A DNA stretch of 64,000 bases. Origin: the human T2T-CHM13v2.0 reference genome, Homo sapiens. The notes under the pieces are model-generated. The model saw only the letters and a program-made list of their open reading frames with translations, was not told where the DNA came from and did not search any database. Position numbers and translations under genes: made by a program. The stretch is from the NCBI RefSeq assembly GCF_009914755.1, contig NC_060926.1, one strand, 5' to 3'. Shown here in pieces: positions 1 to 18,473 of this stretch. Position 1 is the first letter of the stretch. Each line of letters begins with the position of its first letter.

Positions 1-2212
<2,212 letters not shown>

Positions 2213-3089
2213 ATTTTAAATATAGGTTTTTAATAGTTTTTGCTTTAAATTATTCAATTCAATTTTACTTATTCTGATACACGGTTTCAGAATAAAAATA
2301 ATTATTAATAGTGTTTTGCAGTTATGATATTTTTAATTTTATAATTATTTAAAAGTACCTTTTCTTATCTATTTACACATATTCTTGATTGTTTAGATAT
2401 TATAATGTAGTCAAGGACTCGGTACATCTAGGCTGATAGCAAAACATTCACTCTTGTTCTGATTTGCCTATTATATATTTCAGTGATGATTCATGAAGGT
2501 TTTCTTGTTTTTACTTTTTAAAATAATTTCACGTAATTTTAGGTGACAGAATAATTTTTATGTTTCGAAATTAATAAAGGTGAATTAATGTCATGTGGAG
2601 ATACATTATATATATATATTCAAGTGAATTCGTCCAGAAAGATGGAATTTTAAATTTCCATTTCTTAAGTCTCTCAGTAATTTCTAAAATTTCTTAAGAT
2701 ATTATCTATGTTATTTGTATTAATTTTTTATTTTATTTTACAATTTCATTGTTTCTTCAAATATATATTTCTATTATATTTTCTAACCTGTAATATCTCA
2801 TTTATAAGGAAATTATTGATTTTGTATATTTAGTTTATAATCATCCAGTTTACTTCTATTACTTGCAGTATTTTGTAGTTGCCTCTTTTGCATTTTCTAT
2901 TTTTCTAATCATAGCACCTTAAAATAACGATTATTTTGTCATCAATTTTCAAATAGGTAAATTACTGATTCTTTTCTTATTGTCTGAGCAATACACTCAG
3001 ACTAGTATTAAATAATCCTGATGACAGTGCATATTATTTCTTGTCTTTTATTCCAATGAAAATAATGTTGGCTCTTAGGTTATGGTAAA

Positions 3090-3300
3090 CTTGCACTGTG
3101 GCTAAGAGTATGTCCTATGGAGAAATTCTGCATTTCCTAGTTGAACTTTCAGTGACTCAAACTCCTGAGCCTTTTTCTTCATTTGAAATAAAGAAGCTGA
3201 TAGTGCCTTATCTTATAGAGTTATTGTAAGGATTAAATGAGGTAACAAATGTAAAATGTTTACTACGGTGGCCAACATATTCTAAGGGCTCAATGTTAGT
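3090..3300 (+). mobile_element. MIR SINE
   Basis: MIR core 'ctgagcct..ttcatttgaaat..atagtgcct..atagagttattgtaaggattaaatgaggtaa..atgtaaa'. Confidence 0.8.
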
Positions 3301-4133
3301 AACATCAGGTATGAATGCTAAATTAAATGTCTTTCTGTGGACATTTCTTCTGTGGAGCTATTTTTTTCTCATTCTATTTATGTTATAGATAAAATATGAT
3401 TTAGTATAGTAACATATTCATAAAAGAAAATATAAAGCTATTTTTTCATTGATGAAACAATAATTTCCTCACCACAGAATAGCATCATTTTATACACAAA
3501 TGAGTTTGATTTGCTAGGGGGGGTTTGTTGAAAATATATTTTAAATTAGCATGTGCATGATCAGGCTGTACAACTTTGTGTTATTATCTATAAGGTCATG
3601 GTATTAGTTTTAAACTAGCTTAGCAAAATATAAATCTTAGTTATTTTTATAAGTGACAGAAGAGTTTATACAGCATATTAATTATCCGATCTTGAAATTT
3701 TAAATAAATTCTCTGTAAAACCAAATGAAACTAGTGCTATATTTTTAGTAATGCTTTATTACCTTTTTTAATATTTTCCATTGTCATTGTTTCTTTCAAG
3801 ACTTTTGCTTTAAGATAATTTTATTTTGCATAGAAACTTATACTTTAAATTAGAAATTATACTTATTAGCATATTTTATTGACAGTATTATCTTATAATT
3901 TTAAAATATCTTTATTGTGATTTTATTTTCTTAATGATTAAAATTTGATTTATGTTCGAGTTCTCTTCTTGATTACAATTTCAAAATACTTTTCTTATCA
4001 TTCATTTTTTCTTATACATTTTATAAACAGTACATTATATTGTGCATAGTGTTTTGTATACTGCTTTTGATCAATTAAGTTCTTTAAACACCATTAATTT
4101 TACTTGTATATCATAATTTTCCTATATGTGGTG

Positions 4134-4300
4134 TTTTTTTGGGGTAATAGCCTCATTGGTATATAATTCACATACCATACAATTCACTTATTTAAGGAGT
4201 ACAATTCAATGGCTTTTAGGATGTATACGAAGGTAAGAAACCATTAATACAACCAATTTCAGGAGATTTTCATTACTCTTAAATAAACATCCACACTCAT
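4134..4300 (-). mobile_element. L1MB/L1MC-type 3' end fragment
   Basis: 'tataattcacataccatacaattcacttatttaag..gtacaattcaatggctttta' is typical of an antisense L1MB 3' terminus. Confidence 0.7.
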
Positions 4301-4429
4301 TATTTCAATGCTTGCATACCATTGAATTATGCAGGCACAGTGTGGTTACTAAAATATTCTCAATTATTGAACAATTAGATTATTTATACATTATGATATT
4401 GTTCCCAATACATAGACATGATAAATATT

Positions 4430-4535
4430 GGATGTGATGTGAACCCCAAATACATTGACTTGATCATTACACATTCTATGTTGGTAAAAAATATCACATG
4501 CATCCTATAAATATGTATAAATATTTCTCAACAAT
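4430..4535 (+). mobile_element. L1MA-type 3' terminal fragment
   Basis: 'gacttgatcattacacattctatg..aaaatatcacatgcatcctataaatatgtataaa'. Confidence 0.65.
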
Positions 4536-5466
4536 TTTTTGAATTAAATATTCTGATGAACATTCCTGCAGCCAAACTTTGTGTAAGAACGCTATGAGCA
4601 TACGTGCAAAAACTACCAGATATATACCAAAAGCCTTAAACATCTGGTAACTTTTCATGGAGAAATACCTTCCTTCTAGATCATTCAACCATGGCTATTA
4701 GCATTTTTTAAATGGTAAACATTAGAAAAGTCATGTTATATTTGTATATTATTTTGCCTTCCTTCAGGTGATACCAAGTGGAATATTTTTTATATTTTGA
4801 TTAGCTGTTGTGGTTTATTTTCTGCCTCAGAAGTATATTAAAAGTTTTTTGTTTTTGTCCTTTTCAGTTTTTGAAAATAACCATGTCTTTTGTAACTGTT
4901 TTGTATCTTATTTCAGTTGCTGCTCTGTCTTCTTTTTTTAATTAAGGCAATATTAGCCTTATTTTTCCGTGTTTTTAATGACAATGCAGTTGTGTTTTTA
5001 CTTTTTTAGAAATGATATTCCTAGTTTCTTAGGAACTTGTTTTTCATCAACAGTGGTAATTCATCAAATTGGTAATGAAATTTATCAACTGAATTTTTAG
5101 TATCTTTCCAGATTACCATTGATTTTACTTGATGATATATGTTATTACATTTATTGATGTTAAGCCACTTTGCATGTTAAGCGTAAAACCTTTTTCTAAC
5201 CAACTTATATTTGGATGACATACCATTGTGTTTTATTTTCTAGAATTCTCATATCTATATTCAAATCTCATTGCAGTTTTTGTGTTATATTTCTGTTTTT
5301 TAATATACAGGTATTTCTTGCTTGGCAAAGTGATTAGCATGTTTTGATATTTTTTCTATTGTAGGAGAGTTTGGTTTAGAATTCATAATTTCTTGAAAGT
5401 ATGGAGATATTTCAGTGTAAAGTTGTCTGGCTTTTCAGATTATTTTGAGCTAAGTATTTGACATAA

Positions 5467-5774
<308 letters not shown>

Positions 5775-5789
5775 CTATCTGAGATAATT

Positions 5790-5966
5790 TTGATTTTAAT
5801 TTTAATTCTTTTGAACTTCTATTTTAGATAGGAGGGTATATGTACACGCTCATTACATGGTTGCATTGCACCCAGATAGTGAGCATGGTATCCAACAGGT
5901 AGTTTTTCGACCCATGACGTCTTCCTCTTCCCTCTAAAAGTCCACAGTGTCTATTGTTCCCATGTC
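5790..5966 (-). mobile_element. 5'-truncated older L1PA/L1PB 3' end
   Basis: 'gtgagcatggtatccaacaggtagtttttcgaccc..cagtgtctattgttccca'; 'ataatttt' occurs on both sides (possible TSD). Confidence 0.75.
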
Positions 5967-6838
5967 ATAATTTTTATTTTTTTCATAAGTATAGGTTGAT
6001 TCACAGTTTAGAAGTTTTCTATTTTTTGTTTTGACATCCTGTGGTTTCCTAGAAAATAAGTCATATTTTCTAGATTTCCAAATTCATTAGCAAGGAGTAA
6101 TACATATTTTCTCATACAATCAATAGTTATTAATACAGCTTCTTGCTATTCCTGATTTATTTGTATTTTATTATACATTATCCATTAAGCATGACAGAGG
6201 TTGCTGTAGTTTGTCTTTTGAACCAATTTATAGCTTTAAAAATAAATTAAAATATATTACTATTGTACAAATTGTTAATTCATAGTTTCATTATTTTTAT
6301 TTACTTAAAAGTACAGATTATTTTCATTATTTCTCAGTAAAAAATGTAGTGATGCTACATGATGAATTTAATTTTGGCAGTTTCGGCTGTAGTCCATGTT
6401 TTAGTGAAAATCTTTGTTTTATAATCCTCTTGATATATATTTAGAATCAGTTTGGAATGAACATATGACTGATTGAGAAATGAATTCTGGAGGAATGAAA
6501 CCAAAGAATACACGTTATTCAGTATCATATATATTTTCATTTGTGGTTAATTGGTACGATTCCAATAACTTCAGAGCTAGAGAATGTAAAAATAATATTG
6601 CAGTGTTACACAATCAAATTGAGATGGCATGAGGATTAAAATCTTTATGATAAAAACACAAACACAGAAACAACTCTGGCTTCATTTTTATGTCATGTGT
6701 CTTAACCTGGGGTTTAATAACCTAAAAAATAAATCTGGATACCACATCAAAGGGCTTTCAACGAGCTCTACAAAATGACATCCTGGCCAAAATTAGAGGT
6801 TTTGGTTTAAAAAGGGTGGAAAATAATTGAGGGTGTGG

Positions 6839-6866
6839 TGTGTGTGTGTGTGTGTGTGTGTGTGTG
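6839..6866. repeat. (TG)14 microsatellite
   Basis: Direct reading. Confidence 0.95.
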
Positions 6867-8589
6867 CAAATAGATAAATATAAGCCCTTTCTTTTATTTT
6901 GGTATCAATGCTAGTCCTAGGATACTTTCTCAGAGACCTATGACAAAGTAACTTTGGAAGTTTAATCATTTCTTACAAATTATTTTTTCAGAAAATTGAC
7001 GTTTGAGTTACAAAAAAACATTAAACATTGCTCTAGTAACAGCATGTATATTGTCTTCACAAAATATTTAATGCCAAAACGATAATTTATGGAGAGAAAA
7101 ATTGTATTTTCTTCCAAGCATGTGTAGTGAGTGTTTCAAAGGTAATCATGAAGCATAAGATAAACTAAGAAAAATGCATATACTGATAATGTATTTATAT
7201 AGGAAATAAATAATGATAATACAAATTTACAAAGCTGAGAAAATTAAGGGAATGAATTGTGTCTGTTTTTATTTGAAAAGACTATTATAGTTAGTTGAGA
7301 TGTAAGGGTTGAAATATGATTGCTATGATTCTTATACTTATCAGAATAATTTTACAGATGACATAGCATACAATTACTAGTATAATTACTACTCACTCCA
7401 GGAAATAATTGAAGTCATTTATTAATTTTGAGATTTTTTTTCCTTTTTTCCAAAACATTATCATAAGAGTTTTTCCATCTTTATATGGACAAGTGTATTC
7501 AGATTTTTCTCGTTTTTCAGATAGGAATAATATGTGCTAGGCACACAACTGATAACAACAACAAAAAAATAAAAACATGACAACAGGACTAGAGTATATC
7601 TACCCATGTGTACAAATGTGCCTGTGATATGAAGGGTGAAGTATTTGCCAACCAAATGGTAACTTGCCTTCTAAACTAGATTCCTTTCAAATCCAATACT
7701 TCCCCTTTATACTGACATGTTGGTTACCTACATTCAGAGGAATATTGTATATAGTCATACAACTAGTATTAGTCAGTCAGCATGCTAATTATAATACAAT
7801 CATCTATGTGGTGAAAACTGCTGATGTAACATATTCAGCTCTGTCCACGTGGGGCTTTCATGCTTTTGGGTTTGATGTTCCCTACATCTAAAATGTCCTG
7901 GAATCGACAAACTAGCCTTAGAATAATTTCTCATCTTTCAAATCTGACTTTACGTGCCGTTTCACCTGTGAAGAATTTAAATTTTTTGGCCAATCTTAAT
8001 TTGCCAAAGAAAATTGACTATGCTCTCTCCTTAGTCTTCAACTGTGCCCTGGCATGGCTAAAACTTAATTGAACGTACTTATTTTTGTAATGATAAATCC
8101 TTTGAAGTCAAATGCCATGTTCACTTGTTTCGATTCAACATTCCCAACACATTATCTCAAATATTATTTATTGATTGAATAAACGATTAAATGAATAAAT
8201 GTATTAATGAATGAATAGAAATCAACAAGTCAATTAAGTTAATAAGCTGGTCAGATTTGTCACTTACACCTCAACCACCTCAAAGAAATTGGCTATTACC
8301 TTCAAAAGATGAAATATGAGCTTCTTTGGAAGTTACACGAGAAAACAGCATACTTGGTTGTTTTCTTAGGAATGTGTCACAATCATTTCATTATGACACC
8401 AACAACATCAAATTGGGCTCTCAATTTGCATTTAAGGGATTGACAAAACTAGGTGTATTACAAAGCTTCGCATGTTGGCTGAGTTGTAAGGACTCAAAAA
8501 CAATAAATGGGTTCCTAACATGAATTTACCGTAAGACCCAGAAACTTCTCCTCTTTGGTTAATAACCAAACAAAGCAAAATGAGGTATT

Positions 8590-9757
<1,168 letters not shown>

Positions 9758-10384
9758 TCATATGGGATTAATTGATGTTATTTCTCTTTTCTTTATTCAC
9801 TTTACTAAATTCATGTTTTTGTCTAATCTTCTAAGAATCATGAGAATTGATCTAAGAGTTTACTGATTAGAAAATTTTCCCAAAAGGAAAAAAGATACTT
9901 ATGTCTTTGTTTTAGGAGTAGCTTCTGCTTAGAAAATAAATGTGAATTTATTACTTAGGTGTCAGAGTGTTTATTTTAATTAGGAAAGAACCTGTCTGTC
10001 TCTGAACACTGTACAGCTTCTTTTTAAAAAGCCAAAATTAATTACATATGCCACTGTCATAATACGTAATATAACCTATTGACTCTAGAATTTGAGTTGT
10101 TAGCTCTGTCTTATAAATAAATATAATTTTATTGCTCAATGCTTTTTAAAGTGTGAAAGGGGCCATTGATGTCATATTGAAAATGCCTATAAGATGCTTT
10201 TACATCTGCAATCTACAAAGAGACATTGATAATGGGACCATAAAAGAATACTTGTGAAGCTAGTCCTTAGTGCCACTGACTTTTTGCAGTAGTTGTGAGC
10301 ATGGTTCTATGAAGGATTTGATATATGTTGTTGCTTAAGTAGAAGGGTCCATGTTTCACTTGGAATTAATTCAGCCCTTTCTCT

Positions 10385-11031
10385 TACAGAGGAGCCTCTG
10401 CTTCTGTTCTGCTCTAATGACAGCATTCTCATTAGAAAGCCCAGAGGGGTTCTTTAAAAATGTAAATGAGATCACATTACTGGGACTACCCTCAAAACCC
10501 TCCAGACTTCCCATTTATTGGACAGAAAAGTTTAAAATTCTTACAGTGGCTTGCAAAGCCTTTTGCCTCTGACCTCATCTTCTATTGCTCTGTGTTCCAG
10601 AGATTTTGGCCTCTATGCTATTGATTGTGTATACTAAACATGCTCCCATCTCAAGGTTGTCACATTTGCTGTTTCTACTGCGCAGAATGTTCTTCTAGAT
10701 ATATTTGCATAACTCAGTCTCTTAATTTCTTCAAGTCTCTGATGGCATGTCACCTTATTATGGGCGTTTTCCCTAACTATTTTATTTAAAAACAGCAAAT
10801 TCTCCAGCACTTCCTATTTGTTATTGTTTTATTTTCTCCATAATAGTCATAGCCATCTGACATATTACGTATTACAAATTTTTTACATTTATTGTCTGAT
10901 TCCCTCATCTAGAATATCAGCTACATAAAGCCAGAAATATTTTTGTCTGTTTTGTTCACTGCTGTATTACAAGCACCCAGAAATAGGCCTGCCCTTAGTA
11001 GGCACTTAGTAAATACTGGTTGAGTTAATGA
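10385..11031 (+). mobile_element. L2 (L2a-like) 3' region
   Basis: 'ttctttaaaaatgtaaatgagatcac', 'ttttgttcactgctgta', terminal 'tagtaggcacttagtaaatactggttgagttaatga'. Confidence 0.8.
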
Positions 11032-11211
11032 CCTGCTCGGTAAGTGGTGATTCATTCAATCTAAAGAGTCTGATGATTCATTCCTGCCTGTCTTTAGTTA
11101 TGAGTAATATTTTTGCCCCTGGTAACTTCCTCTCTGTAATTTCTTTTTGAAATTCCTATTAGTCACATTTATCCAATATGTTGTCACTTTTTTTTTTGTC
11201 TTTTGACTCTA

Positions 11212-11502
11212 TTTTTTTAAGAGACAGCATCTTACTCTATCACCCAGGCTGAAATGCAGTGGTGCATTCACAGCTCACCATGGCCTGGAACTCTCACGCT
11301 CAACTGTTCCTCCTGCCTCAGCCTCCTGAGTAACTAGGACTACCTGTGTGTGCCACCACCCCTGGCAATTTTTTTTAAATTTTTGTAGAGACAGGATCTT
11401 GCGATGTTGTCCAGAATGGTCTTGAACTCCTAGCCTCAAGCGGTCCTCTCACCTTGGCCTCCCAAAGCACTGGGATTACATGTTGAACCACCACACCTGG
11501 CC
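11212..11502 (-). mobile_element. AluJ
   Basis: J-type 'gtcttgaactcctagcctcaagcggtcctc'; TSD cttttg/aactctatttt at 11200-11215 and 11502-11517. Confidence 0.9.
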
Positions 11503-12061
11503 TTTTAACTCTATTTTCAAGAGATATTCTTGATTATATATTTTATTCTTTCTAATGACTTCCAACTTTTAATTGGTGATGTTTAATTTCTATACATTCT
11601 CATTTGTTCTATTACATTTGCTTTTATATAAAATCCTGTCCCTTTTTATTGATGAAATTGGTATCATCCCAAATATACTTGAGTAGCCTAATTATATTTT
11701 GCTTTCATACTTCTTCCTTGAATTGTATGTATTTCTCCTAGTGTAAAATATTCAATTTAATCCTTATGCTCTTTCTATTTTGTACAATTTTTTTCAAATA
11801 TGGGTTTATCTTTGATGGTTAGTCATTTTGTAAAAATCAAGGCCTAGGCTGACTATTTGTAGAGCAGATTGTTTCCCTAATAGGTGCCTTCCTTATCTGA
11901 AAGGGAAGAGTTCTGTGTAATTGAGTAAGTATTGTAGCCTACTCAACTTTTCTTAATTGTGCATTGGAGGATTGGTGAATAACCAACTCACTCTGTTTCT
12001 TATCACTTCATAATTAATTGAAACAGAATCGTGTGTGCTGAAAACCTTCCAATGAGCCTAA

Positions 12062-12386
<325 letters not shown>

Positions 12387-12609
12387 ATGAACACATTATT
12401 TCTTTAGAGAACAGTCTTTTGGTAGTAAGCACTGGGATGCTTCTGTATAAACCGGAATGGCAAGTGGCCAGTGTGGTCAGATGCAGCCATTCCTTTTATG
12501 TTCCTTTAAATATTCACCTTCTGTGTTGGTACTTCCACCTGCACATCTTCCAGTTCTGACTGTCTGGTATTCCAGAGCTGTGTTAGGAGGATTGGCTTCC
12601 ACCTCAACT

Positions 12610-13365
12610 GTCAGTAGCACTTTCAGACTGGCTTCTTTCACTTAACAATATGCATTTAAGATTGTTCCATATTTTTTCATGGCTTGATAGCACATCCCTT
12701 TTTATCACTAAAGTATTCTACCGTATGAATGCACCACAGTTTGTTTATTCACCTATTGAAGGACATGTTGGTTGTTTCCAAGTTTTACAAATATAAATAA
12801 AGCTGTTGTAAAAATTCCTGTGCAGTTATTTCCCAGCTTTATTGAGATATTAATTGACAAATAAAAATTGTACGTATTCAAGTTGTATGTGATGATTTGA
12901 TATACATATGCATTGTGTCATGATCACTACAATCAAATTAATCAACACTTCCATAACCACACATAGGTATGCTGTCCGTGTGTGTGTGTGTGCGTGTGTG
13001 TGTGTATAAGGAGGTGAGGAAACCTAAGATCTACTCTCTCTTAGCAAATTTCAAGTATACGATATGATATTATCAACTCTAGTCACCATGCTATAAATTA
13101 CATCCTCAGAACTTCTTCATCTTATACCTGAAATTGTGTACCCTTTTACCATTATCTCCACATTTCCCTTAGGCTTTCAGGTTTTTGTGTGGACAAACGT
13201 TTTCCACTCATTTGTGTAAATATCAAGAAGTGTGAATTATTGAATTGTATGGTAGCGCTATGTTTAGTTTTGTAAGTAACTGACAAAATGTCTTCCAAAG
13301 TGGCTATGCCATCTTGGATTCCCACCAACGATGATTGAGAGCTCCTGTTGCTCTAAATCCTTGTG
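12610..13365 (-). mobile_element. L1MC-type 3' region, split by an L1MA9-like insertion
   Basis: 'ttcagactggcttctttcacttaacaatatgcatttaag' runs to 'tgtgcag' and resumes at ~13178 'caggtttttgtgtggaca'. Confidence 0.75.
12826..13170 (-). mobile_element. L1MA9/10-like 3' end with internal (TG)n
   Basis: 'cagctttattgagatat..aattgacaaataaaaattg', 'aagatctactctc..ttagcaaatttcaagtatac'. Confidence 0.8.
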
Positions 13366-13541
13366 TTTTAATACAATTTTGTAAAAGTATTATAGTCCAA
13401 GAATACGAAATGTGCCCAATATAGAAAATTCAAATTTATCCCTAATCCTATTAAAAAAACTATTTTCTGCTACTATGTGTGTATTTATATATACACAGTC
13501 ATACAGTGTATATATGTTTGCTTTCTGCCTTTTTCATTTAA

Positions 13542-13904
<363 letters not shown>

Positions 13905-14204
13905 TAGAAGAGCACTTATAATGGTAGATTAATTCTGCATTATTTGGATTTGCTACAATTGAATAGCTATTTCTCCATTGTTTGGAATTAATGTGGTTTT
14001 TAATTACCTCATCATAAATAACAATGAGATCAATGTACTTGGGCCTGTTAGAGTCCTCCATCTAAAAATTGGTTGGATTTCAGAATATGCTCAAGTGCTT
14101 AGCACTTTTAAGTTTTGAAAGCAGGAAATAAATGTTAAATTAACATTTAGGAAGTTAGAAAAGGCCCAAAATGAGGATCATGGAAAACCCATATATGATA
14201 CCTA

Positions 14205-14410
14205 CTTTGACCCGGTATTCTAAGCACGTAATTGGTATTAACTCAAGTAATGCTCACAAGAATCTGAGGAGACTTTGAAGCATTATTAGCCCAATTTTAC
14301 AGCTAATGAAGTTGAGTTTAAGTAACTTGCTTAAGGCATTGTACCTAGCAAGCATGGGATTGATGATTCAAATCTATACAGCCTGGCTCTAAGCAATGGT
14401 CTTCACAGTT
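14205..14410 (-). mobile_element. MIR SINE
   Basis: 'cccaattttacagctaatgaagttgag..aagtaacttgcttaagg..gattcaaatct'. Confidence 0.75.
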
Positions 14411-14509
14411 TCACTCCATTGTTGAGAGAACATTTGACTTGCATGATTTAAGGTAGAATAAAAATCTTGATAGGGCCATATAGATCTCATTATGTCCTCT
14501 AGTCTTACA

Positions 14510-14575
14510 TATGGTCTATTGTCTCTTTAGATTACCTGTCCTACATGTAGAGGCATTTGAGTTTGCAGCCCCATG
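14510..14575 (-). mobile_element. hAT-Charlie (Charlie4z-like) terminal fragment
   Basis: Reverse complement 'ggggctgcaaactcaaatgcct..ggacaggtaa' resembles the Charlie4z terminus. Confidence 0.45.
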
Positions 14576-15331
14576 GCAAAGTAATGAAAAACCTATTGGT
14601 TATGAGGTCACTAGTGCAGCCTAACAAAGACATGGCCCAGCTGCTTATGTTGCAAGTGTTGGAAAACTGATCAATTTTCTAACATCACTTCCCTAAAAAT
14701 ACATTTTGGTGTGTGGATGAATAATGCTGAATAAATACCAGATAGCTATGTATACTCACAGTTCTGAAAATACATGATCCCCAACACAATTTTAGTTGTG
14801 CCTTGGTGCAGACGAATTTTTTCACTTTTATTTCTCTGAGAAACTATTTTAAACCCACACCAACCTCATTAATTTCCACATCAAACAATAGGGCTTTGAC
14901 TATCAGCAGATGTTTATACTATCTGTTAGCCATAAAAATTTAGGACACTACTCAAATTGTAGGTAACAAACTAATGGCTCTTTTTGCTTGTCATTATCCA
15001 ACATTTTTGTTGAAAGACCCAAAGTCAAAGAGGATGGTCCATGAACTAAATGAATTACAAATCCATCTAAGGCCAAAACAGAAGAATGTAATTTTAAAGA
15101 TACTGAGCCTATGCTTTTACAACCTGAACTCCCTACAAAAATGTGAATTCTTATGAAAGACAAATAAAAATTTATTTTCATAGCATAGATTAGGAAAATT
15201 ATGCACATTTTATAGATTATAGACAAATTAATATCCACTTTATAATAGGTTATGGCTTACTAAATAAGTAATGTTTAATTTAAAAATTCAAATTGTAAAT
15301 ACTCAATAATATTTAAAATATTTGTATACTT

Positions 15332-15604
15332 TTTTTTTTTGAGACGGAGTCTCGCTCTGTTGCCCAGGCTGGGGTGCAGTGGTGCAATCTCAGCTCACTG
15401 AAAGCTCTGCCTCCCAGGTTCACGCCATTCTCCTGCCTCAGCCTCTTGAGTAGCTGGGACTACAGGCGCCCGCCTCCACGCCTGGCTAATTTTTTGTATT
15501 TTTAGTAGAGACGGGGTTTCACCGTGTTAGCCAGGATGGTCTCGATCTCCTGACCTTGTGATCCGCCCGCCTCGGCCTCCCAAAGTGAGCCACCGCGCCT
15601 GGCC
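15332..15604 (-). mobile_element. AluY with a 17-bp internal deletion
   Basis: Y-type 'ttcacgccattctc' and 'accgtgttagccaggatgg'; TSD aaaatattt/cgtatactt at 15315-15331 and 15606-15622; 'caaagtg^agccacc' lacks ctgggattacaggcgtg. Confidence 0.95.
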
Positions 15605-15636
15605 CAAAATATTCGTATACTTAAAATAGTAGTCGA

Positions 15637-16283
<647 letters not shown>

Positions 16284-16405
16284 TCACTGTTTAACCTTTC
16301 TTGTCCAGTTTTTGTGTTTTTAAAACATCCTGCAGAAATGTGTATCTTTCCTTGGGGTTGCGGGGGTATACCTGTGATATGTGGCTTTTTAAAAAAGCTT
16401 TTGCT

Positions 16406-16548
16406 GCTTTTTTTTTTCCCCTTTTTTTGGAGAGAGAGTCTCACTCGGTTGCCCAGACTGGAGTGCACTGGAGCAATCATTGCTCACTGCAACCACAAAC
16501 TTGCCTCGGCCTCTTAAAGCACTGAGATTACACGAGTGAGCCACTGTG
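16406..16548 (-). mobile_element. Old, internally collapsed Alu (J/monomer-like)
   Basis: 3' end of the right arm joined through 'acaaac' to 'ttgcctcggcctc..gagattaca..gtgagccactg'. Confidence 0.75.
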
Positions 16549-17329
16549 GAAGGACAAGCTGCTTTTATTTATGCATATTAATTTCTTTATCACACATTTT
16601 ATTTTTAAAATTATTTCTAGTGTCTTGAGTTTAATGTTCATTTTTTATTTTTCATCCATTATTTTTTCAAATATGAAAGAACTCAACACTATGAATTGTC
16701 CATGGAGTATAAATTTGGTTGCCTTTTATAGATTTTTATAGGTAATATTCTAATTATTTCATTTTATTAATATTTTCTAATGGAAGTTCCACATTTTCCA
16801 ATTTTGCTTGAGGGTTGCTTATAAAAGTTTTGTTTTTATGGTTGTTTATTTTCACATCTGAGAATGTTTTGTTTTTAGTTTTGTGCATAATTTATAATTG
16901 GGTAAACTCTTCTGCAACATCATCTCTACCTCCTACCTTGCATGCTATTCTATAGCCAATCATTTTCTTTTATATTTACCAAATATCTCTTAAATGCAGG
17001 CCATAAGTCTGACACCTCACTAGGATGTAATAATATACATGAAGCATACAGTGTATCTGGATTCAATGATCTTACAATGTTGGTCTAGTGGCATACAGTA
17101 AACAAATAAGAGCAGGCATGGTAAACATATTGAGATCATATATATATAAAAGTTGAGTGGGGTCACAATTGAGAGACCGTGAGATTTCAGAGAAACTCTT
17201 CATAGAGATGAAAGATGAGAAGAGTTTTGAGGGGAGAGGTATTTACCTAGTAGAAAATATTTGGATGGAAACTTTCTGAATAGAGAACAACATTCTGTAT
17301 TCTAAAATCTAATAACTTTGTAGAGGGCT

Positions 17330-17935
17330 CCTTCTTCTTCTGTATGATCTCCTATTCTGTGCTCTTTATCCTGTCTTACTTCCATCTCACACAGATACAA
17401 TTTTTCATTCACTTTCTCTTCTTATTTTAAACTTTTTCCTTCTCACTCAACTCTTTCCTTCCAAATTTATGAATATATCCAGACGGCACTCATTCTAACA
17501 CACATGTACACACACATTCCTCCTCTTAACTCTTCATCCTGTTCAGCTCTTGCTCTTGCCCATAATCAGAACTTTCTGTCATGATTTTCTCATTGTTCTT
17601 GCTTTTCTCAACTCATCATAATGTGACTCTTATCCCAGGAATGGCAGGAAGTTATTTCGCTGAGATCACCACTGACGATCTAATTGCAAAATCTAATGGG
17701 CATCTTTCATTACTCTTACTTTTGGAGGCACACGATCATACTATGCACATATATATTGCCGACACAATCCCGATATTATCTGGATTAAGATTGTTTGCAT
17801 GTATGTCCCTTAATAGACTAGAAAAATGTGAGGGTAAGAGATATTATGTATTATCTATCTTTGATCTATCTTTGTAGCCCTAATGTTTAGATCAGTGCTT
17901 AGTACATAATAGACACTAAAAAATTTAGTGAACTC
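17330..17935 (+). mobile_element. L2 fragments
   Basis: 'gatcaccactgac..ctaattgcaaaatctaatgggcatcttt'; 3' end 'cagtgcttagtacataatagacact'. Confidence 0.55.
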
Positions 17936-18109
17936 AGTGGTGCCAGCAATTATTCAGATATTGAGTTCTCCTGGGGAGATTCTTTGTGATGTGCTGATGC
18001 ATTTAGGTCAACTCTGTCCAATTATCATTTTCATGTCCTAGAGTCATTCTAAACACTCTAGCTCCTGAGCGTATGTATTACTTTAATGATATCTTTACCA
18101 ATGCTTTGG

Positions 18110-18473
18110 TGTGTTAGTCTATTCAGGCTTCTATTACAAACTACCATTGACAAGCTGTTTTACAAACAGGAGGAATTTGTTTCTCACAGCTTTAGAAAAC
18201 CAGAAAGTTCAAGATCAAGGTGCCAGCAGAGTTAGTGCCTGGTGCTGGCCACTTCCTGCTTCATAGACAGCATTTTTTGTTGTGTATCCACATGACAGAA
18301 AGGGCAGGTAAATATCTCTGGAGCTTCTTTTTTAAGGGCACTGATCCCATTCATGAAGACTCTACTCTTGATGTAATTATCTCCAAAAGGCCCCACAACC
18401 AAATACCCTGACATTGGGGATTAAATTTCAACATACAGTTTTTTGGTGGAATGCAAACATTCAGACCATAGCA
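18110..18473 (-). mobile_element. ERVL-MaLR solo LTR (MLT1A/MSTD-like)
   Basis: tgtgttagtc...aagttcaagatcaaggtgccagcag...aagggcactgatcccattcatga...cattcagaccatagca. Confidence 0.85.
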
